A DNA stretch of 60,246 bases, counting the filler, from Sphacelaria rigidula (Eukaryota), in the NCBI GenBank assembly GCA_964200075.2. It is 10 parts of 10 records of this genome, joined end to end, with 100 filler letters (N's around TTAATTAATTAA, not from the genome) between each part and the next. Parts side by side here need not be neighbours in the genome. Positions count along the whole stretch, not along the records: positions 6,036 to 11,970 come from CAXNAA020023359.1; positions 12,071 to 18,005 come from CAXNAA020023360.1; positions 18,106 to 24,040 come from CAXNAA020023361.1; 7 more parts are not named here. One strand, 5' to 3'. Both the position numbers and the translations under genes were made by a program. The notes under the pieces are model-generated. The model did no database searches, had not been told where the DNA came from, and saw only the letters and a program-made list of their open reading frames with translations. This document shows positions 11,284-23,547 of this stretch, piece by piece. Each line of letters opens with the position of its first letter. Positions within the stretch are counted from its first letter, which is position 1.

Positions 11284-11438
11284 GGGTTCAACCACGGCAT
11301 CGACGCCGATTAAATCGCCTGGTACCTCATTGTTTCCTTTCGCTATGTTGCACTCCTTAGCCTTCCCGTTGGGGGACCCGTGGTGAGCAGGCCGAGGTGG
11401 TGTACGTGCCGTGGCACAGGCCTTGAGAAGCAATAGGA
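11284..11438 (+). ncRNA. Candidate HDV-like self-cleaving ribozyme (imperfect copy)
   Basis: HDV helix order found by hand: P1 GGGTTC(11284)/GGACCC(11374), P2 TCCT(T)A(11354)/TAGGA(11434), P3 GCC/GGG (1 mismatch), L3 TTCCCGTT matching UYCHCGY, J1/4 GT, P4 containing AGGCC/GGCCT, J4/2 GCAA. Confidence 0.45.
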
Positions 11439-11759
11439 TCCGCCACTTGTCCCATTTCCCAGTTTAACCAGAAACACCAAAGCTGTTCAATAAACGCCCC
11501 GAGTTCAAAGCCTGGTCTCATCTTTGTCGCAAATGTACGCATGCTTTTTCTTGGTTACACCTAGCTGCGGCTAGGGTTCTTCAGGCCGGAGCTCGTGAAA
11601 CGTTTCTTCGACGAGCAGCAAGAGAAGAACTGGAACAACTGAGAAAAGAAAGGTAGCCTTCCAACGTTCGCTTTTTTTGCGGCAGATTTCAGCAAGACAG
11701 CCACTTTCAACCCCCAGCTACGCGCAACAACAGCACACGAATACTTCCTTCCCCCCCCC

Positions 11760-11962
11760 GTGCATAAGCCGTGGCTGTCCCTGGAAGTGGCGATACCAGA
11801 AACTAAAGCTACTCATTGGAGGCTGTCATCTACATGCAAGATAATCAGTAGGCTTCGGGCCGAATAATCTTGGCAGGATGCAGCTCACCCTTGGTGTACT
11901 CGGCAAGTCGCATGAAGGGGGAGCTGCATCCTGCCACGAGTAATCAGTACGCCTCCGGCCGG
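11760..11962 (-). mobile_element. Family A internal fragment with local inverted duplication
   Basis: Reverse complement of the family A middle, then GGCAGGATGCAGCTCACCCTT ... AAGGGGGAGCTGCATCCTGCC in inverted orientation. Confidence 0.8.
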
Positions 11963-12103
11963 ATGCTGTTNNNNNNNNNNNNNNNNNNNNNNNNNNNNNN
12001 NNNNNNNNNNNNNNTTAATTAATTAANNNNNNNNNNNNNNNNNNNNNNNNNNNNNNNNNNNNNNNNNNNNGGGGACCAGGGGGCGGGCGTGGGGGGGGGG
12101 GGG

Positions 12104-12138
<35 letters not shown>

Positions 12139-14732
12139 GGGGGGGGGGTATTTTGGACCCTTTTCTTCCACGAAATTCTACTTCAAATCGTCGTTGATAT
12201 CAGCAACGGTTGTTCAAACACGCCTGCTTCCGATAAATAACGCTCATTCACACTGCTTGACACCGCTTTTGCCCAAATACAAGCGCACCGCGAGTGTGTT
12301 GAGTCGTCTGAAGCACCTATGCGCCCATTTTTTCGTGAAATCAACCCCCCCCCCCCCATCGTAGCATGCCTCAGCAGGCGGTACGCCGGATACATTTGTT
12401 CCGGTCTTTTAGTGCTGTACATACGTCTATCTTTAATTTGGTGAAGACTATACGTCGAGTACATATGCTGCACGTTGTTCGGTAGATACTCTACACGTTT
12501 TTTCCATTGTAGTCCTTATGAACAACACTGCGTCTTACACGTTTTCTGTGCATGAATAGATGCCCCCCGGAGCGAGGGGCAGCGGTCGTGTTGCCCCCAT
12601 GTTCCCGTGCGTATGGCGTGTGTTATCGGCTCCATGGCTGTGCCTTAATAGGTAGAACAAGTACACATACCCTCCAGTGTCAGCACCGCGTGGCAATGAA
12701 ACAGAAAGCTTTGTCGCATAGTGAAACGGCGGAGGTAGTACATCGTCATGAAACCGATATGTTCCTTGGTTCTTGGTTGGACCGGAACTGCTTTGAACAG
12801 TGTATTCTGGATGTTGGCGGCTAGGACTAGGTGCGTCATACACGTCCTTTCCGGGGTGGGGGGTGGGGGAGGGTGTTTGTGTGGACAGTAGACTAGACTC
12901 CGCACTTTTATTTTGCATCGTTTGTGACGTGCCTCCCTGTTCATGGAAGAGGAATAGATGACAATACACCTCTGTTGTATATGTCGTACTGTCCATGTAA
13001 AACGCTTTGTAAAAAGTGTAATATCTGCGCGCGCTTTGCCCGTTGCTTTTTCGTAGCGATATCCCGATATAGCCAGCAAACCCAGACTCAATGGCAATTT
13101 TTTCCAAGGACATTTGCAAGATCCAATAGGTTATGAATAAAGCGATTGGTAGAGTTTATTGGGCACAAAGGATACTCTGCGTTCTTTACTCAATGCATTG
13201 CTTGTGATACTTATAGACGTTATATATATATATGTGTGTATGGATCATTTTGCGTAACGTCACTCATATGGTTTGTGAGCGAGTGTGACTAAAATGCAAG
13301 TGGTTCTTCATGTTGCGTTCGACAACGGTGTAGATACTGGCGGGTGGCACGTACTCAAAAGTGTTTCCGACACCTTTGCCACGTTGCTAGAGGATTCCAC
13401 GAGATATGCCGAACTCAAGAAATTTCTGTTTTTTGAAAGCTTGTGGGTTTGCTTCGGTAGGCTGGTATGAGGTAGGCGCCGGCGCCATCCTGTATTTGGA
13501 GCGTTGAAAGGAGCTAAACTCGAGGTGTTACTCTATCCTCGGATGCGCTGGTGCAAAAATGTGGGTATAGTAATGGATGGCGAGTTGCGCTCTAAATGTA
13601 CATATATGCACAATGCGTTTCACGCACGATCATGTACAGGGAGCAGCCCCAAATATGTGTAGTTATACGCGACTTGTGTGGGCTTCATGACTTGGCCGGC
13701 AGAGGGAAGTGCAAGGGAACAAGCGCAATGTACACATGCATGCATATGTGCATTGAATTAACTTGACGGAATGCTGCAAATATGGAACGTTCTCGTTGAG
13801 ATGAAGATTTTCGTTTTTCGACTTTTGGATAGGGCTGATGTATGGTGAGTTTCAGTGGACGGTGGAAAGCAAAGGTGCGTGGAGTGTATCTGTATCTCTT
13901 CCCAGAGAGATTTTAGACATGTTCTCGTAACCCGTGTGGGAGTACTTGCGGGGATTTCACTCAGGTTACAGTAAGTCTCTGTACCAATCGAAGCCTTCAT
14001 TATTCCCCCTGAAAACAAAGCCAGATTGTTACGGCGGGTCATCGACGCTGTTGTTAGGCTCCGCGTCGATAATTACATTGTGCAGGACCGTCGGGAGAGT
14101 TGTCGGTATATTTGTTCATGGGCAAGACTTCAAGTCCACTTTGCGCCGTAGTCTAAAAGCCTAATCGACCACTTCCTCTTTCCGTGTGTAGAAGGCACCA
14201 CTTGGGCTGTTCATGTATCCTGGAACATGACGATGGCGTGAAGCCTCGTAAACATAACATCCTTTGATGGGTTCCATGCCCACGGTCGAAACGCCTACTC
14301 CACAGCAAAATAACATGCAAGGTCATATTTTATGATCTGCCCAAACATCAGGTAGCAACATGAAACGATAGTGTGAACTGAATCGGCAAACCGGATCACC
14401 CCGAGTTGCGCACAATGAATCGCAGGGACTTCATAATATCGCTCCGGTTGGTCCTGGATGCTTGTACGAGAAGGTAGCACCGCCGGCCGCGTCCATCGAT
14501 AACCTTCGCACCGTCGATTCGCAGAGGGACTGCCTCCTCAGCATCGGAAGAACAATCACGTGGTATCACCGTTGTATGTGAAAGTTAGTGTCTCCTTGCA
14601 ATGCCTCGGGCTTGTTTTGTGCACACGCATGGCATCGTGGAAACTCATTCTCTTGAGAGGCGAGCCTGCCCCCACGTACATATCGTCTTCTTGTGCTGCG
14701 CATCGATAGTGTGGCGCTCCATTCCATCACTG

Positions 14733-15161
14733 AACACGGGATTTTGAAAATTGGGGATGGATTTGTTGTTGGGGATCAGAACCCGGAGAGTTAAAATCTT
14801 CGTATCCACACCAAATCTTCGAAGTATGCGTTTATTTCGTCACTTGCTGGTAGCTGTTGACAACTACTACACGCCACACAAATTTGGGTTTCGATAACCG
14901 AAATGTCGGGGTCCGAGGTGAAGAAGCATTTTGGGGGATTTTAGGACTCCGATCGGACGCCAAAAATGGTTCTTCACGTGGGACCCCGACATTTCGATTA
15001 TCGTAATCCAAATTTGTGTGGCGTGTAGTAGTCATTAATAACTACCAGCAAGTGAAGAAATGGAAGCATACTTCGAAGATTCGGTGTGGATACGAAGATG
15101 TTAATTTTCCGGTTTTCATCCCCAATAAAGGATTCATCCCCAATTTGTAAAACCCCGTGTT
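14733..15161. mobile_element. Foldback/MITE: ~200-bp inverted arms with short spacer
   Basis: Ends AACACGGG...CCCGTGTT. Internal matches include ATCTTCGTATCCACACC/GGTGTGGATACGAAGAT, ACTACTACACGCCACACAAATTTGG/CCAAATTTGTGTGGCGTGTAGTAGT and CGAAATGTCGGGGTCC/GGACCCCGACATTTCG. Confidence 0.92.
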
Positions 15162-15384
15162 ACTTCTGCATTGATGTACGGCAGAAATGGATCTAGCTGC
15201 ATGCGATTTGGATCACTCGGATCTACTGCGAAGTAGCGCCAGCAACAATGTATTGAGGTACTCGGTGCGTAGACCTCTCGCTACCGAGCTCGGCATCAAC
15301 AGCACTAGCGAAAACCCACGCGAAGGGGTATTCGTCATTATCGTGGAGCCTCCACCCGGGATATTATATACGCCTGGAACGTCA

Positions 15385-15582
15385 ATCTGGGATAAAGACA
15401 GACGCCGACGATATCGACGTCCCTCTGATAGACGAATGTCCATCTCGGGTGGGATACCTATCGAGGACACCCGTTTCGAATTATCATCACCCAAATGGGT
15501 GTCCATATCCCAGATGGATCTGGCATTTCAGAGGGATATCCCAGATGAAGGTCCATTTGAGACGTGGATATCCCAGATGGAG
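15385..15582. repeat. Clustered ATATCCCAGATG motifs (TE subterminal-like)
   Basis: ATATCCCAGATG at ~15506, 15536 and 15568 (30-32 nt period) plus inverted ATCTGGGATA at ~15385. Confidence 0.7.
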
Positions 15583-17929
15583 GTTGCACGATAATGCAAG
15601 ACCGTGACGAGAACCAGCCGAATACTCCGTACTCGCGTTGGGGATAACATTTGGATAGGGCAAAGTCAAGCTGGGCACGCGAGGATGAAACCCTGCAACA
15701 TGCTAAGTTATTGTCCATATCGCGTGTGCATCTCTGCTGTTGACCACGACAACGTCTTCACAGATGCGAACGGCGCGAACACCTGTCGCCAGAATCATTT
15801 ATTCTGAGACTCAAGAACAAAAGAGTAAATGACATCAAATAAGAAGAAGAAGAGAGACGCTAACCGTTCGACGGCGAGAGTAGGTCATTTGCTTAATCGG
15901 CATTGATTTCACTTGAAGATAGAATGTATGATCCAGATGGACTTCCCTCGTGGTCAAAGGGTTAAGAAATAGAAGAGAAATAGCTTCCCCCGACGTTATC
16001 GGGGTGAGGTAAAACCAAACCGTTCATGTCTGCTGAAAAAGTATAGAGAAAAAAAATGGAAAGAAAAGAAGAGACAGAAAACTGGCAAGAGTGAGGAACT
16101 GCACCCAAGTCAACGTGTACCCGTCGAGCATTTGAATATTCACGCAACGCAACCAAGCGAATGCTGATACCATGGCGGCGTCAGAGAGGTCTTCTGATTG
16201 CGATGCCAAGCTTTTCTACTTCGTGAACGGCCCATTGTGATGAGTATGGCAGTTTTGATGGATGATGAATGTCCCACTTTGCTTGTTAGGGTGTATTGAC
16301 TTCAGAGTGAAGTGGTGCAAACGGCACTCTGACTCTGAAAAACTCGCTCTGAAAAAAACTTCATAGCGGAAAGTGCACCGTTACCGGCAATTTTTCATTC
16401 CACTCTGACTCTAAGATTTGAAAAAAACGTTTCACGAAACTCTCAATTAACCCTCAGCTGTTCATATTACAGGAGAACAGGACCATAGCCTTCCTCCAAT
16501 GAAGTAAAACCAACCCCCAAACCTTGCAGCGATGAAACACTCACAGGGTTCACCGATCAGACCCGCGGACCCGCGATCCATCAAGCAGCGGTAAACTCCC
16601 ACAATGCATTGCTTTACCGACATGATGGTCCCAACCTAGGTGACAATGGTGGGTAGCGTCTACAGCACCCACCAAAACTCTTTCACTACCGACAAGTAGT
16701 CACATTAGAGCTTGACAAACTCAGACATCATTGTTGCCTGGTGATATCGTCGTTTTCCGCAAAGAATAGCAATCTATCCCTGCCGCTGCTTTAGATAGCA
16801 GCTGTACAAGATTGCTCCATTTCCGAACAACTTCCAAGAGATCCAAACACTCACCCATCATGAACACGCAGCCACGCTACTTGCACCATTCCGAGTACAA
16901 AAGCGATGGCTCGCGCCAAATTCTCAGACCTTTGCCCAAAACAAGTTGACTCCACATCGATAACGAAATCTGAAACGTCAGCGGACGTCAACTTTCAAAG
17001 TACTTGTGACTAATCGTCTCTCTCATCCAAGACAAGATACTTTCCGACATAGAAAATGCACTCTGTGTATGTTCAACATCCGTGCAACGGAATTCAGCAG
17101 CTCAATGATACATTACCCTCAAGCTAGAATGAAATAAGTTTCCGACACGTCTAAAACGCACCTGGCCTACTGTTTGTTCAACTCCGTGAAAAGGGTTGTA
17201 CCGCAAGCTTCTCCGTCGCGAAGGCTCCAAACATTCATCTCGCCAGTCAACCCATGAAGATAATCAACGGAAAGCCATGACTCAAACCGCTGTTCAAGCC
17301 ATGTATACGAAGCCAACAACGACGAACGGACCTCGACCTCCGTCATCATTGATCGCCCGCAGTGATATTTTTTTCGAACTGATTTTATCGAGCACGCCCC
17401 AGGAAAGTCTCAGATATATCTCACTTGAATTCTGGACCGTCATATCCCATCCGGGTATCAGCTGAAATGTAGAAATACTGATTTCTTAACATTCTTGCAG
17501 CTCACCTTTACCGCTTCTTTCGACCAAACGGCACACTATCCACTGTTCCTTCTGACAGAAGCCAAAAACCATCCACGTGCTCCTCCAAACACGTGAAAAT
17601 CCATAAAAACGCGCCACGGTAAAAACTCATTGGTGCATGCACGCATAAACTCTTCACCTTCAACCACTGGAAACACCTACCTTTCACCTGCTGACATACG
17701 AACTTACCCAATTCGTAATTTCAGCTTACTTTCACGCCAACAACAGCAATTACCGTCTCCCACAGTCAGTACATTCAAACCGCACAAAGATGGTTCTACT
17801 GTGTTCCTGGCGAACAAAACCATACGAGCTTCACTTCATTCAGCATACAGCCGTATATTGAAAACTGCCTTACCCTGACTATTCCCCAGACACCATTCAT
17901 ATCTGTAACATTCGAGTAAACAACCCACA

Positions 17930-18005
17930 TTTCTTTTTTCCCTCACACTTCGAACCCCTTTCCTTCCTCGGGATGAGTCCGTGGTCTCAAGGGATCAACC
18001 CATCT
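17930..18005 (-). mobile_element. Family B copy, cut by the linker
   Basis: CTTCCTCGGGATGAGTCCGTGGTCTCAAGGGATCAACCCATCT preceded by a T-rich tail. Confidence 0.88.
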
Positions 18006-20732
18006 NNNNNNNNNNNNNNNNNNNNNNNNNNNNNNNNNNNNNNNNNNNNTTAATTAATTAANNNNNNNNNNNNNNNNNNNNNNNNNNNNNNNNNNNNNNN
18101 NNNNNATCGACACAACATGTGGACTCACAACTTACAGCACGTCGGTCTCTTGTGATCCAGTGGGGTGCGGAACACTGTTGTACTTTTGTGATCTCGGGGC
18201 TGGTGTCAGGGTCAAGCTAGGCTCTTCCGCCACCAACGGGCGATTTTCGTATCATCGATGGTTGGTTCAAGCAATGGATACAGTACTGGTCGTCACGCAA
18301 AGAGAGCTAGAGACATAACAGTAATAGCGAAGAGACTTGAGAACCATTTCCGGGGAAAAGGAGGCGTGGTCGTTGTGCCGTCCGTGAACGGCAAATGAGC
18401 GGGAAAAGAGCCGAAGGTGTGGGCGCCATGGTTGGAGTTGGCGCGTAGACTCCCTCGCGCGCGATGTGCCGCATCAGGTACAGTTTAGAGAGCGATGGCC
18501 TAGCACAGGTACGTTCTCGGCCGATCGGTGGCCCAGATAAGGTACGATTGAAAAATAATTCCTAGATCAGGTATACCTGGGGGAAATTTGGTCTCCAAAA
18601 GGTGAGCGGTTTCTGAAGGCGAGACGTCCGTCTTCGCGTGGCCATATCTCTCGAGTAACATGTTTCTTTCCCGTTCTTTTTCGAGACCAGGGTGCCAATG
18701 GCCCCCCCGAATGATGTGCGTGAAAAAGTCGTAGCGAAAACGGTCAAAATGGCGTGTTTGGCTGTTTTTCGTACCTTTCTTGGGCGAAAAACGAGAAGGT
18801 ATACCTTTACTAGTCCATTGCTCTGATGATAACAACAACATTTGATGTGCGCACAGCAGACACCAACGCCAAGTGCAGCGAGACAGGTTTCGACACCCGC
18901 CCTCCTCACAGTTCGAGAAATCACCACCCATTATATTTTTGTGAGATATAATTCACAACGATACATATGAACTCCCAACCCCTTACACCGTTCTTCATGG
19001 CTTCAAAAAAAGCAACATTTCGGAAATTTCCGGGTATTGGCCCTCAAACCGAGCAATTTGTTTCCGATCAATTTCCTCAGTCATTTGTCATGCTCCTCCA
19101 CGACGTTTGACGGGTGTGAACACTCGGATACGGGCGCCCCCGCGCGCGTGATACTTGCCGCACCGCATTTCCCCTCGAAACACCCGCAGGTGTACTGCCG
19201 TTTCTACACAACTTGCTCTACTGCATGCGCGCGACGAAAAATTTCCGCCTGCGTGCATGAATTTAGTTTTGATAGCTGCGTGCTGCAGCTGTACTGCCTG
19301 TACTCCTGTACGGCGTGTTCTCTCCTGCTCGTGGTTACTGGCGGCCGTATTTGATACATCCCGTCCCCGCCGAACCTGCACCTCCTACCGAAAGCAGTAC
19401 GTTCTTGTGCATAACTTCCTCATCTCGGAGAAAAATTGTCCCGCACGAAGGTTGATTACTAATGGTTCTAGGGAGATTCGCCATGATTACACTGTCTGCA
19501 AACTGGGTGTATCTCGTGATAATTTCACTCCAAGTTTGACAGTCAGGGCCTGAAATTTGACGAGAGGAGCAAATCACACATGCAGAACCCTATCTTGCCC
19601 CCACTCATGTCGTGAATGCGGTCAACAGGGATATACTTGCCCAATGTGAAAGGGGGATAAAAGAAGTAAGGAAGGTCTTCGAACAGCTAAGTTGCTCTCC
19701 TCATAACTCTGGGGTTCAACCGTGTCAAACCTCTAGTGACGAATTCCCGAGGACACTCACGATTCTGATTCGTCGAGACGAGGTTTACTGTACGGCAATA
19801 TTCCATGAATGCGAACCAAGGAGAAAGCCGGCATAGCGTCCTACGAGCTGGGCTTGCCTCAAAACGGATTCAAGCTCTCAGAGCAACTTCTTTACGACGC
19901 AGACGACTTGCGCCATGATCCGCATATCGCATTAATCGTCCGATCAATGGGACGGTGCCCATCTGCTCAAAAATCTGGGCCAATTTTTTTTGCCGATCAA
20001 ATATCATATCTAGTAAGCCCTCTACCGTACGGAGATAGCGTCCACACAAAAATCTATATAATACTCCGAACGATGCTTTCAGCGGATGATGACGATTTTT
20101 GGTGTGGACCTTCCCTGGAGCACGAGCAGACGATAAATACCCTCATCTTCACCCAATTCGTAGTATATCTCGATATATAGCGCACATAAGGTTCCATACT
20201 TGAATCGATATATTACGAGCAGAGGTACTGGATGCCCTAAATCTGGATATTGCGTCTCAGTTTCTGAAAGTTGTGCCATGAAATTTCGTATGGAGAACCG
20301 CTTGTGCACATAAAATAAAAAACAGATTTTTACTTTTGTTTCGTTTTTTTCCTTTTTTTTTCGTGTTTTTAGGGGAGTTTTGAGTAGAAATAAACATTGC
20401 TCTTCAGCTCTATTTCAATTTTTTAATTTTTGATTTGAAACTTAGCATGGAGAACGACAAAGGTATGCTGAATAAAATATGTATATGGACCTTTAATTTT
20501 TCTTTGGGGGGGGGGGGAAGAGGTTCGAGTGTCCTCGTGAAAAATGGCCGTTACCGTACAAAAACGCCCTAAAACAGGGAAAAAACAGGTCAAAATCAAC
20601 CTGATCCATTTTTCTTTGTTAATCATGACCTAGCGAGGTCTCACACAGAGTTTCAAAACACAAGCACAAAACGTAGGACGGTAAACGGCCTGCAAAATAC
20701 TGTTCCGAATTTCCACTGGCCCAGTTTTTATA

Positions 20733-21456
20733 AGGCGATTATGCAATTCTGTACTCAGAGTTGGACAGTGAAATTTGGTGTGGACAATCAAAATGGCATG
20801 AGAAAAAACAGGGATGTGAATAACCGGGTACCGGATATATCTGGATACAACTTTCCGCGGTAGGTACCATGGATTTTCCCGGATATTTTTTCAGCTTCCG
20901 GGGGGCCCCTCCTCACTGGGGTGTTGGGGGGTGTCTTCTCAACACTTTGTGGTCCCCCCTCCCACCGCCGCAGCGAACACAACAACACAACTCACCCTGG
21001 CAGACCACACCACACCACACGTCAGCCATACAGCAGACCAACAAAGACACAAAGACCACATGGCCTCTTCATAATACGGAGTATATATAACATATAACAT
21101 TACCTATATACCTACCATAACGCAAACCTGTATATCGCTTACAGCGAGGTGCTTCCAACCGGATTTTTCTTTAAATAATACGTTGTATAGCACCCCGGGG
21201 ACAGGACGTTTTCGTCCCCGGTCAGTACTTTGCCTGGTTGGCGGTTATTCACATCCCTGAGAAAAAATATGTGCGCGGTCTTGAAGTTTTTTTTTTCGTA
21301 AGTTGAGGGCAATGATCGGTTTCGAGGTTTTAGAATGCCGTTAAATCACCAAAAAAAATACCCTGAGACCCTGCACACATCTTTTTTTCATGCCCTGTTG
21401 ATTGTCCATACCACATTCCACTGTCCAACTCCAAGTGAAAAATTGCGAATTCGCCT
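20733..21456. repeat. Imperfect ~75-bp inverted repeat pair (20733-20808 / 21382-21456); related copy at ~28233-28330
   Basis: GAGTTGGACAGTGAAATTTGGTGTGGACAATCAA vs TTGATTGTCCATACCACATTCCACTGTCCAACTC. GCCTGCAAACTA.AAAT...TTCTAGGCTGGCCCAGCTCG is shared between ~21453 and ~28286. Confidence 0.75.
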
Positions 21457-22401
21457 GCAAACTACAAATCCGTTTCTAGGCTGGCCCAGCTCGTACTTAC
21501 GAGAGAGTCCCTCGTGTAGTACATTGCAGCGTGTGGGGAAAATTGAAGCGTAATTCCGTAGACGGCCATAGAGAGTTTATTTCCCATTATAAATGTGTGC
21601 GTGTGTGGGGGGGGAATGAACCGAGGGATGACGTGGTTATCAGGTGTGAGTTTGCGCAAACCTACGCCTCACCCGTTCGCCGACGGGGTAGGTCATCGGC
21701 TTCATACACTATTTTTAGAGTGAAAGTCATGTCGATTCAAAGCCTCGGCAGTCAAATGTTCGAATCCTGAGGAGAAGAGGTGGCAAATTGCGGAGTGGCC
21801 GAACGTGGCGTGGCCGGAGTCATCGGGTGAGCCGGTACGTGCAGCCGAGGACAGCCGTTTGACACCTTCTCAAAACAATGATCTTGTTGCTGTTTTCACG
21901 TAGCCCCTGCCTGTGCCATCGCCAAGAACAGATTGGTCCGACACAAGACAGCCACTACATGGGCGGACCGACGCACGCACCACGATTCAGCATCGTTCCT
22001 GTAATACTCCGTCAGCGAAGCGTCGACAGGCTTCAAGAATCCAACTACTCATGTACTGGTGGGTATACTATACCGTTCGCTGTCTGTGCCGGGACCGCAA
22101 CATAGATTTCACGCCCCCGGATGCAAACGGTGAAATACTAGGCTGCATATACCATGCCACCGGACTTTCGAAATCCTGCTCAACGCCTCCGCGGTGGGAT
22201 CGAGCTCGCCACGTACATTGTACACAGCTCGATCGAGATCATTTGGTGGTCTACGACGTGGTATTGACCATGATAGGAGAAGCTGGCGGCAACCAGACTT
22301 TAGCTGTGCTTTTGTTTCTGCAGCCGACAGGCTGCCCATAGATGGCGGTTTTACAACAGAGGCCTACACGGACACCACGCGTGTCCCGACGTCGGTGAGT
22401 A

Positions 22402-23547
22402 CAGTAGTGGTCCCGGTTTAGCGGTACCTAGGGTCAAGAGGGTAAATCATCACTAAACCGGGACCAGCCGCTAATCCGGTTTAGCGGTATTAAACGCTAA
22501 ACCGGGTAAAACCCGTCAACTCGGTACAAGAGCAGTGTTATCTTCAATGACATACAATTTCGATTGTGTCATGCGTGGCTGCTGTATACAGCAGTACAAT
22601 ACTACAGCGCAGTAGAACCAGTAGTACGATTACGCTGCGATAGTGCGTCAGAGACTACGAATGTCGACCAAAACTTTAGACAGTACAGTACTGCTGTACA
22701 GCATTACTGCTGCACTTCGAAGTAAAAGAAACCATGAAGAAAACTCCCCCTCCCACCTGGCTCACACCATTTCACCATCCTGATACTTGCACACCATAAC
22801 TGCTGGAGACCCCTTCTACTGCTGTATGCTACAGCAAGTCCTCTTGCTAACACTAGTCCAGTACTGTATACTTCAGCAAAACTAGACGAAGCAAGATGTT
22901 CAATCAAATCTTGTGCATCGGGTGAAGAGTAGTATCGACTACGACTTGGAAAACATGGTCCTGATGTCTGCCTGCTTTGTTGGTCTAGAAGCGTACGCCA
23001 CAAGAAAAGACACCTTCGCCTTGCGAAGATGGAACCCTGCGTCTCCGATACCACACGACTCTGCGTACTGCTCTAGCTGCCCAAAAAGCGACGAAATATC
23101 CGAGTACGGCGGTGGCGCCATCGACAACTCTTGTCCCGCAGTCTTTACGCCCTGCTGAGAGTCTCCTCCCTGTGGATTTTTGCGCTTGGCCGCACTCGAG
23201 CTGCCCCTTTCAGTGTTGCTTGGAGGGTACTAAGCTTGTCCACAGCAGACTGGCAGATACGATTCATCTCGTTACCCTCAGGATTCTCCACCTCACCGCA
23301 ACAGCCGTGGAGGCGGCGTCCACACCCACCGCGACACGGATGCCCGTTGGGCTCGATTGGTGTCATATTGGGAAACTTGCAGAACTCTAATGCTGCGCAC
23401 GGCATGGTTTCAACGGGTGGCTGCCGCTCGCAGTGCTGTATGTAGCTAGCTGTGTGTGTCGTTTGTTTGCAGCAGATGTTTGTGTCGTGTGTTTACAGCA
23501 GCTGTGTGTGTCGCTCGTCTACAGCAGCAGGGGCTCGACAACTACTG
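22402..23547 (-). mobile_element. Internally deleted pogo/Tc1-mariner-like DNA transposon
   Basis: TA|CAGTAGTGGTC and GACAACTACTG|TA ends (12/13 inverted match including TA); repeated CGGTTTAGCGG/CTAAACCGG near 22414-22506. A Cys/His-rich N-terminus (23405, MPCAA..CK..HPCRGGCG..LHG.CGE) lies next to a C-terminal tail (PPPYSDISSLFGQLE...KAKV...RPTKQADIR). Family assignment is from recalled brown algal transposases; no DDE core is present. Confidence 0.55.

Noticed and set aside
12071..12150. Poly-G tract and Gly-rich ORF (similar poly-C at 55030-55170)
   Set aside because: Homopolymer runs next to gaps or linkers; length unreliable and the ORFs are artefactual.
17950..18005. Family B reverse strand as an HDV ribozyme (contains TCCTCG) or as a tRNA
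   Set aside because: No upstream P1 partner and no cloverleaf; tails and TSDs show the opposite strand is the sense strand.
19560..20310. Possible decayed coding sequence on the minus strand
   Set aside because: Stops and frameshifts, and no motif I can recognise.
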